From contig JAAYKE010000025.1 in NCBI GenBank assembly GCA_012522575.1, positions 1 through 61,117 on the forward strand: a DNA stretch of 61,117 bases. Reading direction: 5' to 3'. This DNA comes from Armatimonadota bacterium (GTDB taxonomy: Bacteria > Armatimonadota > UBA5829). This document shows positions 1 to 9,412 of this stretch, in pieces (within the stretch, counting starts at the first letter, position 1; the number at the start of each line of letters is the position of its first letter). Under the pieces are notes generated by a model. It was not told the DNA's origin. It saw nothing but the letters and a program-made list of their open reading frames with translations, and searched no databases. The translations under genes were made by a program, and so were the position numbers.

Positions 1-72
1 GGCAAAACCAACTGCCAGAAGAGCCGGCACAGGCCGTGCCATTAGCGCTACAAGGATAGCATAAACTAAAAT

Positions 73-126
73 AAAAAGGGACATTTTCCCTTTGCAAAAA
101 GGGGACATAGTCCCTCTGCTATAACA
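73..126. mobile_element. Probable terminal inverted repeat of an IS1202/ISNCY-like insertion sequence whose body lies left of the window
   Basis: The minus strand from 126 reads TGTTATAGCAGAGGGACTATGTCCCCTTTTTGCAAAGGGAAAATGTCCC: a terminal TGT plus two GCA-N-ATGTCCC subrepeats 24 bp apart, as in IS1202-type ends. No transposase is recognisable in the window. Confidence 0.55.
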
Positions 127-141
127 GGAGTTTGACGCAGG

Positions 142-273
142 GTAAATAGCTTACGAATGATGAGGTCTGGAGGTTAGAGGCTGGAAATGGGGTGGCAATA
201 CCTGCTCGAACTTTGGACATCTGACCTCGGACATCGAAAAAAGCAGACTTCTCACTGCGTTCGAAGTGACATA
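142..273 (+). repeat. Modular intergenic repeat element, copy 1 (terminus + heptamer arm A + heptamer block B + REP-like hairpin C)
   Basis: Shares AGCTTACGAATGATGAG, GAGGTTAGAGG, GCTCGAACTT(T/C)GGACATCTGACCTCGGACATCGAAAAAAGC and a variant of AGATTTCTCACTTCGTTCGAAATGACA with the copies at about 14.6, 23.0, 56.0 and 57.1 kb. Confidence 0.9.
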
Positions 274-310
274 TCGCCCGACAATGAGAATTGAGAGCCG
301 GATGAGGGCA

Positions 311-319
311 TGGTATAAT
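311..319 (+). promoter_or_regulatory. Extended -10 promoter element (TGGTATAAT)
   Basis: Perfect TGnTATAAT about 48 bp upstream of the SLT gene. The same motif precedes the rhomboid gene and ftsH. Confidence 0.6.
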
Positions 320-366
320 CCACATGCAGATCTTCGGCCCGAAATCGCCGATGGGGTTTTAGTCTA

Positions 367-1335
367 TTGAAATTTCGTTTGTATATTATACTAATTATAG
401 CTCTTATGTTAGTGCAGTTGCCGGGATATGCCGGGGAGCCTGTGAGCGCAAAGGAATATCTGGCGCTGCGCAAGTCGATGATGACTATGCTGCCCATGCA
501 GGAACTCAAGGCTAATCCGGCTTCCTATATCGGTAAGGTTTTTGAGCTGCGAGGCCAACTGATGGGTCATTGCGGAAATACGGTTATTTTGAGCAACGCC
601 GAAGGGGAATCGTATACGCTGACCGCGGATTCGCCGCCCTCTCAGATCGGAGCGCAGCTCGCGTGTCTGGTTAAAATCGGCGATAAATCCACCTGTTCAC
701 TGAGCGACCTTCAACTTGTGGCAAGCGCTTTTCTTATCGATGTGCAGCGTGCAGAACCCAAGCCCAAACCCGCAACCTCCCCTGCCAGCACCAAACCTGA
801 GCCGCAGAACGCTTCCGAGAACAAAACCACTACGCAAATCAACTCCACAGAACTCGTTCGAATATATACGAATGCCGTCAAGCGGTTCAATTCCAAACTG
901 AGCAGCGAGCAGGCCGACACGATAGCCAGAAGCATTTTAGGGTTCAGTTCTCACTATAAAGTAGATCCGAGGCTGGTGTGCGCGGTTATACTGGCGGAGT
1001 CCAATTTTCGAGTAAATGCAACTTCTCGCGCCGGAGCGCAGGGTTTGGGACAGCTTATGCCAAGCACTGCAGCAGGGCTTGGCGTCAACAACGCCTATGA
1101 TCCGGTGCAAAATATATACGGGTCGGTGAGATATGTCAGAAGTATGCTGGATCGAACCTCCGGCAACAAACACTTCAACGAACTCACCGGCAATGACCTT
1201 GCGCTGGCGCTGGCTGCATACAACGCGGGGCCGGGAGCCGTAAAAAAACACGGCGGGATTCCGCCTTACAAGGAGACGAGGAATTACGTGCAGCGGGTAA
1301 CGTCTATCTATAAACAGTTGTGCGGGGTAAAATAA
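367..1335 (+). CDS. Lytic transglycosylase (SLT domain) with signal peptide and N-terminal OB-like region
   Basis: Motifs AVILAESNF (catalytic Glu), GAQGLGQLMPSTA, ALAAYNAGPG and ETRNYV; Pro/Thr linker; hydrophobic N-terminus. Confidence 0.92.
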   Translation: MKFRLYIILIIALMLVQLPGYAGEPVSAKEYLALRKSMMTMLPMQELKANPASYIGKVFELRGQLMGHCGNTVILSNAEGESYTLTADSPPSQIGAQLACLVKIGDKSTCSLSDLQLVASAFLIDVQRAEPKPKPATSPASTKPEPQNASENKTTTQINSTELVRIYTNAVKRFNSKLSSEQADTIARSILGFSSHYKVDPRLVCAVILAESNFRVNATSRAGAQGLGQLMPSTAAGLGVNNAYDPVQNIYGSVRYVRSMLDRTSGNKHFNELTGNDLALALAAYNAGPGAVKKHGGIPPYKETRNYVQRVTSIYKQLCGVK

Positions 1336-1501
1336 GTAGTCCGTCGAAAAGAAATCTCGAAAAAGTATTATACTGACAGGTGACGTTTTCCGGCGTTGCC
1401 GTTTATAAAACGCAGGAGCCGATCTCCGTATTGGCATTTACAGCAAATATGCAGGAAATGCACGACGCGGAGTTCTAACGCTGCGCACAAGAGGGATAAC
1501 T

Positions 1502-2035
1502 ATGAGAACGTGTCTTTGTGCCATTGTATTTTTGATGATTATTTGCCCGGCGGCGATCGCTGCCGAAGAACCTGCTGCGGTTATTCCGCTCTATCCGGGC
1601 GGCGAATCTACCCTGGAGGTCAGCCTTGCCAATGAGGACCTGCTGCCGACGCTGAAGGCTGTTCTGCCAATGCTGAAAGGCGGGGGGATAGCGGACAAAC
1701 TGAACCCGGATGACCTCGAACCGATCCTTAGAAATGTCAGGCTGGTCGAGGTAACGCAGGTCGAGATCAAAAATAATGACACCGATTCGAAAATCGCCGA
1801 CTTCTACACCAAAAATGCGCCTGCAGGCGAATGGAGCCAGGTTTTTCGAAACACCACACAGAGCGGCGGCACTATAGGACTTTTTATCCAGAGTGGCGGA
1901 GAAAAGTTCTACGCATTCAGGATTCAGCCGACCAAGGACAACGGCAAAGCCATCCGCAAGGTGACGACCGTACGGCTTGAGGGAAAGATCGACTTTGCGA
2001 AGGCTCTGGCGACTGCGGCCAAGCTGATGCTCTGA
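1502..2035 (+). CDS. Exported hypothetical protein
   Basis: ATG with GAGGGA SD, signal peptide ending AIA-A, first gene of a tightly packed operon. Confidence 0.75.
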   Translation: MRTCLCAIVFLMIICPAAIAAEEPAAVIPLYPGGESTLEVSLANEDLLPTLKAVLPMLKGGGIADKLNPDDLEPILRNVRLVEVTQVEIKNNDTDSKIADFYTKNAPAGEWSQVFRNTTQSGGTIGLFIQSGGEKFYAFRIQPTKDNGKAIRKVTTVRLEGKIDFAKALATAAKLML

Positions 2036-2038
2036 TAA

Positions 2039-2440
2039 ATGAAAAAGGGCGTCTATCAACTCCTGATAAGACTCGATTCGGATACTACCATCCCCGTGGG
2101 AAAGCTCGGCGTTTTTGACTTTTCCCGGGGATATTATGTATATACGGGCAGCGCGATGGGTGGGTTGGAGGCTCGCATTGCCCGACACCTGTCCGCTGAG
2201 AAACGTTGCCACTGGCATATCGATTATCTACTTGAGCAAAGCGCGATTATACGATATGCTATAATGGAATGCCCGACTGGTGAATTGTGCACGGAATGTG
2301 CTGTAAACGCGGCGACGCTTGACATGGACGGCGCAGTGGAGCCGGTTAAAGGCTTTGGGTCCAGTGATTGCAAATGTCGCACTCATCTGGTTTATTTTGC
2401 AAGCGAGCCGGCATTGGCATTGGACGGTATCCCGCCGTAA
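2039..2440 (+). CDS. DUF123-family GIY-YIG (Uri) nuclease
   Basis: Motifs KGVYQLLI, GYYVYTGSA, RIARHL, HWHIDYLL and GFGSSDCKCRTHL. Confidence 0.88.
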   Translation: MKKGVYQLLIRLDSDTTIPVGKLGVFDFSRGYYVYTGSAMGGLEARIARHLSAEKRCHWHIDYLLEQSAIIRYAIMECPTGELCTECAVNAATLDMDGAVEPVKGFGSSDCKCRTHLVYFASEPALALDGIPP

Positions 2441-2478
2441 AGACCTTATGCCGGTATGACGTTCCGAGGAAGGCACGT

Positions 2479-3222
2479 ATGCAAGTCGAAGACAGCCCCT
2501 ATAAGGTCACCCTGGGAGTTTTCGAGGGTCCTCTCGATCTGCTTCTGCACCTCATCCGCTCCAACGAAATCGACATCTACGATATTCCGATAGCGGAGGT
2601 TACTGAGCAGTATTTGTCGTATTTATCTCTGATGGAGTCGCTCGACCTTGAGGTTGCCGGCGAGTGGCTGGTTATGGCGGCGACGCTGCTTGAGATTAAA
2701 AGCCGTATGCTGCTGCCGGATGACCCGAAGGAAGAACTCGAAGAAGAGGCTGTCGATCCGCGCGTGGAGCTTGTCGAGCGACTGATCGAATATGAGAAGT
2801 TCAAGGGCGCGGCGGAGGTCTTTCGGGAGCGGGAAGCCGAACAGGCGAAGGTGTTTGGCAGGGGTGCGGTCGAGTTGGATTATGACCTTCGACCGGAGTT
2901 CGATCTATCGAATATAACTGCGGTCGATCTGCTGGCCGCGCTTCAGCGCATATTGTCCGATATTGATGAGGAACCTGTCACCAGCATCCAGCGTCGCAAA
3001 GTCAGCGTTCGGATGCGGATGCGGGAGATTTATAAAAGAGCCATCGATGCGGCAGGGCAACTGCACTTCGTTGATTTGTTTGACGATGTGACGAGCCGGG
3101 TGGAGGTGGTCATTACCTTTCTCGCGTTGCTGGAACTGTTGAGGCAGAAAAAGTTGACTGTGAAGCAGGCAAAGGCGTTCGCGCCTATTGAAATTAAACT
3201 CGTGGAGCAGAATGGAAGCTAG
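2479..3222 (+). CDS. scpA: Segregation and condensation protein A
   Basis: Motifs FEGPLDLLLHLI, IDIYDIPI, LVMAATLLEIKSRMLLP and TFLALLEL. Start placed at ATG 2479 after a GAGGAAGG SD. Confidence 0.95.
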   Translation: MQVEDSPYKVTLGVFEGPLDLLLHLIRSNEIDIYDIPIAEVTEQYLSYLSLMESLDLEVAGEWLVMAATLLEIKSRMLLPDDPKEELEEEAVDPRVELVERLIEYEKFKGAAEVFREREAEQAKVFGRGAVELDYDLRPEFDLSNITAVDLLAALQRILSDIDEEPVTSIQRRKVSVRMRMREIYKRAIDAAGQLHFVDLFDDVTSRVEVVITFLALLELLRQKKLTVKQAKAFAPIEIKLVEQNGS

Positions 3223-3958
3223 AGATAACATATTGGAAGACGGATGCGAAATAGTCTCGGCACAGCCCGTCTCGGAAGCATCGGTGGAGGAGATCGCTGA
3301 GGCTGCCTGCGGGGTGGCGCTCGCAAGGGAATCTCTGCAAGAGGCCCCGGCGCATCGAAACGGCAAACTGAGGCACGTCGTGGAATGTATGCTGTTCGTT
3401 TCTGCCGAGCCTATGAGCGCGGATCAAATTGCCCAGACCCTCGAAGTCGAACCGGAACGTGTGGAAGACGCTCTGTCGGTCCTGGAAGAGGACCTCAACT
3501 GCGGTCATGGGCTGCAGTTGTTGAGAGTGGCCGGGGGATATCAGATTTGCACGAGGCCGGAGTTTGGGGAATACTGCGCCTTGATATTGCAGCCGGCGAA
3601 GAGAAAGCTCTCCAAAGCCGCGCTGGAAACCCTGGCTGTTGTGGCATATCGACAGCCCTGCACTATACCTGAGGTGGAAGCGGTGCGCGGAGTCGATGTT
3701 GGCGGGGTGATGAAAACGCTTATGGAACGCAGGCTGATTAACGAAGCCGGGCGCAAACAGGCTCCGGGAAGGCCGGTTCTGTATACTACCACGCAGGAGT
3801 TTTTAGAGTATTTCGGCCTGAATGATGTTTCCGAACTGCCGGATATCGATATGCTTGCGGTGGAGGCGGTGAAGGCCCTCGAGGCGCAAAAGGACTTGTT
3901 CAGCGAGGATGCTGCGCAGGACGACGAGACAGGCGTCGATGAGGAAGTCGGCAAATAA
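3212..3958 (+). CDS. scpB: Segregation and condensation protein B
   Basis: Motifs VECMLFVS, VAGGYQICT, LSKAALETLAVVAYRQP and GRPVLYTTTQEFLEYFGL; follows scpA. Confidence 0.95.
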   Translation: MEARDNILEDGCEIVSAQPVSEASVEEIAEAACGVALARESLQEAPAHRNGKLRHVVECMLFVSAEPMSADQIAQTLEVEPERVEDALSVLEEDLNCGHGLQLLRVAGGYQICTRPEFGEYCALILQPAKRKLSKAALETLAVVAYRQPCTIPEVEAVRGVDVGGVMKTLMERRLINEAGRKQAPGRPVLYTTTQEFLEYFGLNDVSELPDIDMLAVEAVKALEAQKDLFSEDAAQDDETGVDEEVGK

Positions 3959-4013
3959 TTCCGGGATGGATGCAGAATCCCGCGAATTTTGGTTATGCTT
4001 TAGTTGATATGCG

Positions 4014-5327
4014 TTGTTGCTCCTTCGGAATACCCTCAACAGACAACTTTGCGATTTGATGAAATTGGTTTTTATGAATATGTCGATTGCGCGAAGCCTG
4101 TGCCTGACAAACCGGGCCTTATTGATTATAGTATCGTTTTATGCGGTGATGATGATAACATCGGCGGCGGCTGCCAACGCCCCTGATATTGATGCGCTGG
4201 GCGCGGTGTTGATGGATTTGGACACGGGTCGGGCGCTGTATGAAAAGAACCCGCACCAGAGGCTGCCCAACGCCAGTACCACCAAAATTATGACCGCTAT
4301 TCTGCTTATCGAGCATTGCGAGATGACCGATTCCATCGAGGCAAGCCAACACGCCTGCGCAACGCCTTATACGTCACTTCACCTTATGCCCGGGGAGACT
4401 ATCAACGCGAAGGACTTGTTGACGGGCATGCTGGTGCGCTCAGCTAATGACGCATCGGTGGCGGCGGCAGAGCATATTGCGGGGTCTACGGAAAATTTTG
4501 CAAAGGCGATGAACGCCAAAGCGATTAGTCTCGGCTGCACGGATACGAATTTTGTTACGCCCAACGGGCTGCACGATCCCGATCATTATTCATCGGCTTA
4601 TGACCTGTGCCTGATAACCCGCTATGCGCTGCGCTATAAGGAGTTCAACGAGGCAGTTAACACGCGCAAGTATCTGCTAAACAGCCGGTCGATGAATAAA
4701 GAGGATTTGTGTGTGTTCGCTAATAGCAAGTTTTTGCGGAGTTATCCCGGCGCGGACGGGGTAAAATCGGGTTATACCAGGCAATCGCGCAAGTGTTATG
4801 TGGGAAGCGTGACTCGTGACGGATGGAGGCTGATTTCCGCGGTGCTGGGCAGTTCGAACGCGAATGTCGATACCGCAGCCCTTATGAATTATGGATTTGC
4901 AAACTTCGAACAGGTCAGGGTTGTAGGAAAAAATCAGAAGTGCGGGGATGCTGCGGTGACGGGGGGACGCCGTGCTACGGTTCCTGCGCTGGCGGTTAAA
5001 GAGTTGAGGGTTCCGGTGGCAAAAAATGGGAGCAAAGTGACTACTCGCCTGGAATTTGCGGATATTGAAGCTCCCATCGCCAGGGACGCGAATGTCGGCA
5101 GGATTGTGGCGATGGTGGATGGGCAGCAGGTTGCATTCGCCGAATTGAAGGCTGGCGAAGAGATGGGAATAAGTTTGTGGAGACGGGCGCGCACTTTGCT
5201 TAAAGGATGCGGCATGGTGGTGGCGCTTGTGATTGCAGGTAGATATGGAAGACAGATTGCAAAAAATTCTCGCCGCCGCAGGCGTCGGATCGCGTCGCCA
5301 CTGCGAAACTATAATCGCCGCCGGTAG
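4014..5327 (+). CDS. D-alanyl-D-alanine carboxypeptidase (peptidase S11, PBP5-like); exact start uncertain
   Basis: SxxK (ASTTKIMT), SxN (SAND), a KSG variant of KTG, TPNGL; C-terminal hydrophobic segment and Arg-rich tail. Confidence 0.92.
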   Translation: MLLLRNTLNRQLCDLMKLVFMNMSIARSLCLTNRALLIIVSFYAVMMITSAAAANAPDIDALGAVLMDLDTGRALYEKNPHQRLPNASTTKIMTAILLIEHCEMTDSIEASQHACATPYTSLHLMPGETINAKDLLTGMLVRSANDASVAAAEHIAGSTENFAKAMNAKAISLGCTDTNFVTPNGLHDPDHYSSAYDLCLITRYALRYKEFNEAVNTRKYLLNSRSMNKEDLCVFANSKFLRSYPGADGVKSGYTRQSRKCYVGSVTRDGWRLISAVLGSSNANVDTAALMNYGFANFEQVRVVGKNQKCGDAAVTGGRRATVPALAVKELRVPVAKNGSKVTTRLEFADIEAPIARDANVGRIVAMVDGQQVAFAELKAGEEMGISLWRRARTLLKGCGMVVALVIAGRYGRQIAKNSRRRRRRIASPLRNYNRRR

Positions 5328-6069
5328 AGTTGCAGTAAACGATGTGGTCGTCACTGAGCTTGGCACAAAAGCGGACCCGCAAAGAGATACGATCACTCTT
5401 GACGGCAAGCCTATAGGCTCGGCGGCTGAAAAAACGTATATTGTGCTTAATAAACCGCCCGGATATACGTCCACTCGATCTGATCCGCACGCGGAAAAGA
5501 CGGTGATGGAGCTTGTGAGCGGCATTGGCGGGTATCTGTATCCGGTAGGCCGCCTCGATGTCGACTCCGGCGGGCTTTTGATTATGACAAACGACGGGGA
5601 GTTCACAAAACTGGTGAGCCATCCTTCTCATGAGGTCGAAAAGACCTATGTTGCGGTGATCAAGGGCAGAATAAAGTCGGTGGATTTGGATGCGCTGGAA
5701 CAGGGGATAGAATTGGACGATGGGATGACTGCTCCGGCGCGCGTGAGGCTGATATCATCGTCGCCCAGAAATGGTACAAGCACGGTCGAGATGACGATAC
5801 ATGAAGGACGAAAGCGACAGGTGCGGCGGATGTTTGCGGCGGTCGGACATAAAGTCGAAAAACTGACGCGCACCAGGATCGGAAGGCTCGATCTGAAAGG
5901 TCTGCGTGAGGGGGAGTATCGCCGACTCACCAGACGTGAAATAGCTGAACTGCGCGAAAGCACGCGAAATAGAAAACGCGAAAGCTCGAAAAAGCAGATT
6001 TCTCGCTCTGCTCAAAGCGACGGGAACGTTAAAAGCCGTCGGTCGTCATCGCCCAAGTCGCAGCCCTGA
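5245..6069 (+). CDS. rluB: 23S rRNA pseudouridine synthase (RluB/RsuA family)
   Basis: S4 domain RLQKILAAAGVGSRR, NKPPG, catalytic GRLD, EGRKRQVRRM; conserved position after scpAB. Confidence 0.92.
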   Translation: MEDRLQKILAAAGVGSRRHCETIIAAGRVAVNDVVVTELGTKADPQRDTITLDGKPIGSAAEKTYIVLNKPPGYTSTRSDPHAEKTVMELVSGIGGYLYPVGRLDVDSGGLLIMTNDGEFTKLVSHPSHEVEKTYVAVIKGRIKSVDLDALEQGIELDDGMTAPARVRLISSSPRNGTSTVEMTIHEGRKRQVRRMFAAVGHKVEKLTRTRIGRLDLKGLREGEYRRLTRREIAELRESTRNRKRESSKKQISRSAQSDGNVKSRRSSSPKSQP

Positions 6070-6087
6070 ACGTTTGACCAATAGCAG

Positions 6088-6948
6088 ATGAAAAAACTTG
6101 TATGTCTGATAATTATAGCCCTTTGCCTGACGAGCGGAGCTTGTTTGGGCGATTATCCCGTGCGCGTTAAGGATGCGCGGGGAAAATCGGTGTTGATAAA
6201 AACCAAGCCGATGAGGATAGTATCGCTTGCGCCGGGCAATACGGAGATGCTCTACGCGATCGGGCTGACGAACCGAATCGTCGGGGTGACGCGCTATTGT
6301 GACTATCCTGCTGCGGCCAAGCAGAAGCCCAAGGTTGGGGATATGACGGTCGATATAGAAACGGTCGTCTCCCTCAAGCCTGACCTAGTTTTTGCGCACT
6401 CTGCTCTCAATTCGACTGCGATCCCGAAGCTGGAGAAACTCGGCCTGACCGTATTTGCCATCGATCCTAAAAGCCTCGCGCAGGTAGCCGACGATATTCG
6501 AACCCTTGGCAAAATTGCTGCTCGACCTAAAACAGCCGACCTTGCAGCGAGCAAAATGGAGTCCGCCATAAAAACCGTAAAAGCCGATTCCGCAAAAAAG
6601 CCCGCTCGTCGGGTGCTGGTCGTGGTGCAGTCCAGCCCGCTGTGGTCTGCAGGGCCGGGGACTTTTGTCGATGAGATGCTGAAGACCATCAGCGCGACCA
6701 ATGTGGCTTACGACGCCAAGCCGGGGTTCGTGCCATTTTCGAGGGAGTTGGCGATATCGCGGAACCCGGATGTGATAATCAGCGGCCATCAACCCGATAT
6801 CGCGTTTTTTAACAGAAGCCCTGAATGGAAAACTACCGGCGCAGTCAAAAACAAGCGCGTTTATGTCATCGACAGCGATATTATTATGCGCGCCGGCCCC
6901 AGGCTCGCGGATGGGCTGAAGGAAATGGCGCGCAAGGTTGACGGTTAA
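6088..6948 (+). CDS. Cobalamin/iron-chelate ABC transporter substrate-binding protein (BtuF-like)
   Basis: Motifs RIVSLAPGNTEMLYAIG, VGVTRYCDYP and AVKNKRVY..RAGPR; signal peptide. Confidence 0.88.
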   Translation: MKKLVCLIIIALCLTSGACLGDYPVRVKDARGKSVLIKTKPMRIVSLAPGNTEMLYAIGLTNRIVGVTRYCDYPAAAKQKPKVGDMTVDIETVVSLKPDLVFAHSALNSTAIPKLEKLGLTVFAIDPKSLAQVADDIRTLGKIAARPKTADLAASKMESAIKTVKADSAKKPARRVLVVVQSSPLWSAGPGTFVDEMLKTISATNVAYDAKPGFVPFSRELAISRNPDVIISGHQPDIAFFNRSPEWKTTGAVKNKRVYVIDSDIIMRAGPRLADGLKEMARKVDG

Positions 6949-6949
6949 A

Positions 6950-6973
6950 GGGAGCGATTCGCAGACCGCTCCC
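6950..6973. terminator. GC-rich hairpin between convergent genes (REP-like)
   Basis: GGGAGCG-N10-CGCTCCC immediately after the btuF-like stop; similar to the hairpin at 23143-23168. Confidence 0.5.
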
Positions 6974-7018
6974 GTCCTGATTCTATTCGCCGGTTAATGT
7001 TATCCCGCTGCAGGCAGC

Positions 7019-9229
7019 TCAGGCGATTGATTTGACCGCCTCGATGATATCCTCCACCGTCGGCACGCACGCGTCCTCCAGCGGCTCGCTCATCGGAATC
7101 GGACAGTCCTTTCCGCTGAGCATAACCGGCTGGGCGTCGAGGTAGTCGAATCCGGTTGCGCCATCCTCGAATTGATACTCCATCAACTGCCGCGTGATCT
7201 CCGCGCCGACTCCGCATCTCGGGTAGCCTTCGGATACCGTGACCAACCTGCCGGTCTTGCGAACCGATTTGGCTATTGTGCCGATATCGAGCGGATTGAG
7301 GGTCCTGGGGTCGATGACTTCGACGTGAATACCCTCTTTTGCAAGCTCATCAGCCGCGGCCATCGCGAAGTGCAGCATTCTGCAGTAGGCGACAATGGTC
7401 ACATCGGTGCCGGTTTTTTTAATATCTGCTACTCCGAGCGGGATGATGTAGTCATCGTCCGGAACCGGCCCTGTGACTCCGGAGTACAGCACCTTATGTT
7501 CAATGAACAAAACCGGGTTATCATCACGAATGGCCGCCTTCAAAAGGCCCTTCGCATCATAAGGAGTTGCGGGCATGACGATATATATCCCCGGAATATG
7601 CAGGAACATCGCCTCGAGGCTCTCTGAGTGGTGGGCGGCGATCGATCGCCCTACTCCGCCTTCGGTGCGCACAACTGCCGGGACCCTGGTCTTTCCGCCA
7701 AACATATATCGGTTGTAGCCGAGGTTGTGTATAAGCTGGTCTGATGAGATGGTGAGGAAGTCGATATACATAATCTCCGCAATCGGCCTGATTCCTCTCA
7801 TTGCGGCTCCGCCCGCGGCTCCAACTATGGCAGCTTCGCTGATGGCGGTGTCTATGACCCTTGCCGCCCCGAACTCGTCATAAAGGCCCCTTGTGGCGGC
7901 ATAAGCTCCTCCGTAAAGCCCGACGTCTTCGCCCATTATGATTACGCTTTCATCGCGCTTCATCTCCTCGCGCTGAGCGTCGACAATCGCCTGGCCGTAG
8001 GATTTGATCGGCACGCCGTGTTTCTCTTCGACTGCCTTGATCTCCGAAGCCTTGAGCTTGGGCAGCGGCCCTGAAGCGATTGCGCGAACCTCGGCCTCGA
8101 TCTGCTGGATTTTGGGCAGCACGACGGCCTCTGCCTTGATGTCCAATGCCAGTTTCACCTCATCGACGGGCACATAAACATCGTTGTAAAGCTCGCTTAC
8201 ATCCGGATATGGGCTGTCCATGCCGAATTTGGTGGCGTTTTCTATAGTTTTGGCCGCCTTTGCCTCTGCTTCATCAAGCTCCGCCTGAGTTGCGCCGAAA
8301 TCTTTGAGCAGCCTTTTGCCGAGCACGGTAATCGGGTCTCGCTCTTTCCATTCCGACTCCTCTTCGCGTGTGCGATAAACGCGCTGGTCACTTGAGGAGT
8401 GGCCATACCAGCGGTAGGTTTTGCACTCCACCAGGGTCGGCCCATCGCCACTCCTCGCCCTGTCGATCGCCTCGCGAACTGTTTTCTTGACCTCCACAAC
8501 ATCCATCCCGTCGCAAATCGCACCGGGAATGCCATAGCTGGAGGCGCGTTCGGCGATATCGGCGATTCTGGAGGCCTGTCCGGCGCAGAGGTTGGATCTC
8601 TCGTGGAAAGGAACGCTCATGCCATAGAGGTTGTTTTCGCATATATAGACAATGGGAAGCCCGCACAGCAGGGTAGCTCCCATATTCAGCGCCTCATGGA
8701 AGCTGCCGGTGTTTGTGGCTCCGTCGCCGAAGTAGCACAACACCACTGCGCCGGTTCCTTTGAGTTTTTCCGCGAGGGCTGCTCCTGTTCCGATGGGAAT
8801 ATTGCCGCCCACGATTCCGGTGGAGCCGAGGCTGCCTTTTTCGACATCTGCGATATGCATCGAGCCGCCGCGTCCCTTGCAATATCCGGTGGCCTTGCCC
8901 ATAAGCTCGGCCATCATTTTGTTCCAGTGATCCTGCCGGGCGGCTTCATCGGCGGCGTGCTTATTGCCCATAGCTCCGCAGTGACCGTGGCCCCGGTGGG
9001 TCGATGCGATAACGTCGCGGTCCTCGAGTTCTGAAACGGAGCCAACTGCTACGGCTTCCTGGCCTGCGTAGAGATGCGACGCGCCCTTGATTGTCCCGTC
9101 GCGCAGGAGTTTGTAGACAGTGTCCTCAAAAATACGAATCTCATGCATCTGGCGCAGATAGTCGAGCATCTCGGCTTTTGAAACTGACAGTTTATCAGGT
9201 GCAGATTTGGCAGCAGCTTTCTTCGGCAT
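7019..9229 (-). CDS. Fused 2-oxoacid/acetoin dehydrogenase E1 alpha+beta subunits (ThDP-dependent)
   Basis: Alpha half: HLYAGQEA, THRGHGH, GRGGSMH, GDGATN...ENN, TYRWYGHS. Beta half: GEDVGLYGG, DTAISEAAIVG, HHSES, EVIDPRTLNPLD. Confidence 0.93.
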   Translation of the reverse strand: MPKKAAAKSAPDKLSVSKAEMLDYLRQMHEIRIFEDTVYKLLRDGTIKGASHLYAGQEAVAVGSVSELEDRDVIASTHRGHGHCGAMGNKHAADEAARQDHWNKMMAELMGKATGYCKGRGGSMHIADVEKGSLGSTGIVGGNIPIGTGAALAEKLKGTGAVVLCYFGDGATNTGSFHEALNMGATLLCGLPIVYICENNLYGMSVPFHERSNLCAGQASRIADIAERASSYGIPGAICDGMDVVEVKKTVREAIDRARSGDGPTLVECKTYRWYGHSSSDQRVYRTREEESEWKERDPITVLGKRLLKDFGATQAELDEAEAKAAKTIENATKFGMDSPYPDVSELYNDVYVPVDEVKLALDIKAEAVVLPKIQQIEAEVRAIASGPLPKLKASEIKAVEEKHGVPIKSYGQAIVDAQREEMKRDESVIIMGEDVGLYGGAYAATRGLYDEFGAARVIDTAISEAAIVGAAGGAAMRGIRPIAEIMYIDFLTISSDQLIHNLGYNRYMFGGKTRVPAVVRTEGGVGRSIAAHHSESLEAMFLHIPGIYIVMPATPYDAKGLLKAAIRDDNPVLFIEHKVLYSGVTGPVPDDDYIIPLGVADIKKTGTDVTIVAYCRMLHFAMAAADELAKEGIHVEVIDPRTLNPLDIGTIAKSVRKTGRLVTVSEGYPRCGVGAEITRQLMEYQFEDGATGFDYLDAQPVMLSGKDCPIPMSEPLEDACVPTVEDIIEAVKSIA

Positions 9230-9412
9230 AATGATGGTTCCCCTAAAAATACGGCACGGCAGACAGCCGCGCAATGTGCTTTTTTTGATCGGCCGCTCAA
9301 CACTCGGCCCGTGCTTATTCTACCCCCGAATAACCCAGCTAGTCAAATCGTGGCCGGTTGCCGGGCAATATCCTGATTGACCGTCTATTATCTGAGGTGT
9401 ATTATTAGTCAA

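Noticed and set aside
127-160. dif/Xer site next to the IS end
   Set aside because: Only weak similarity to one arm; the TTAT/ATAA cores are missing.
6070-6087. Cobalamin riboswitch before the btuF-like gene
   Set aside because: The intergenic gap is only 18 bp.
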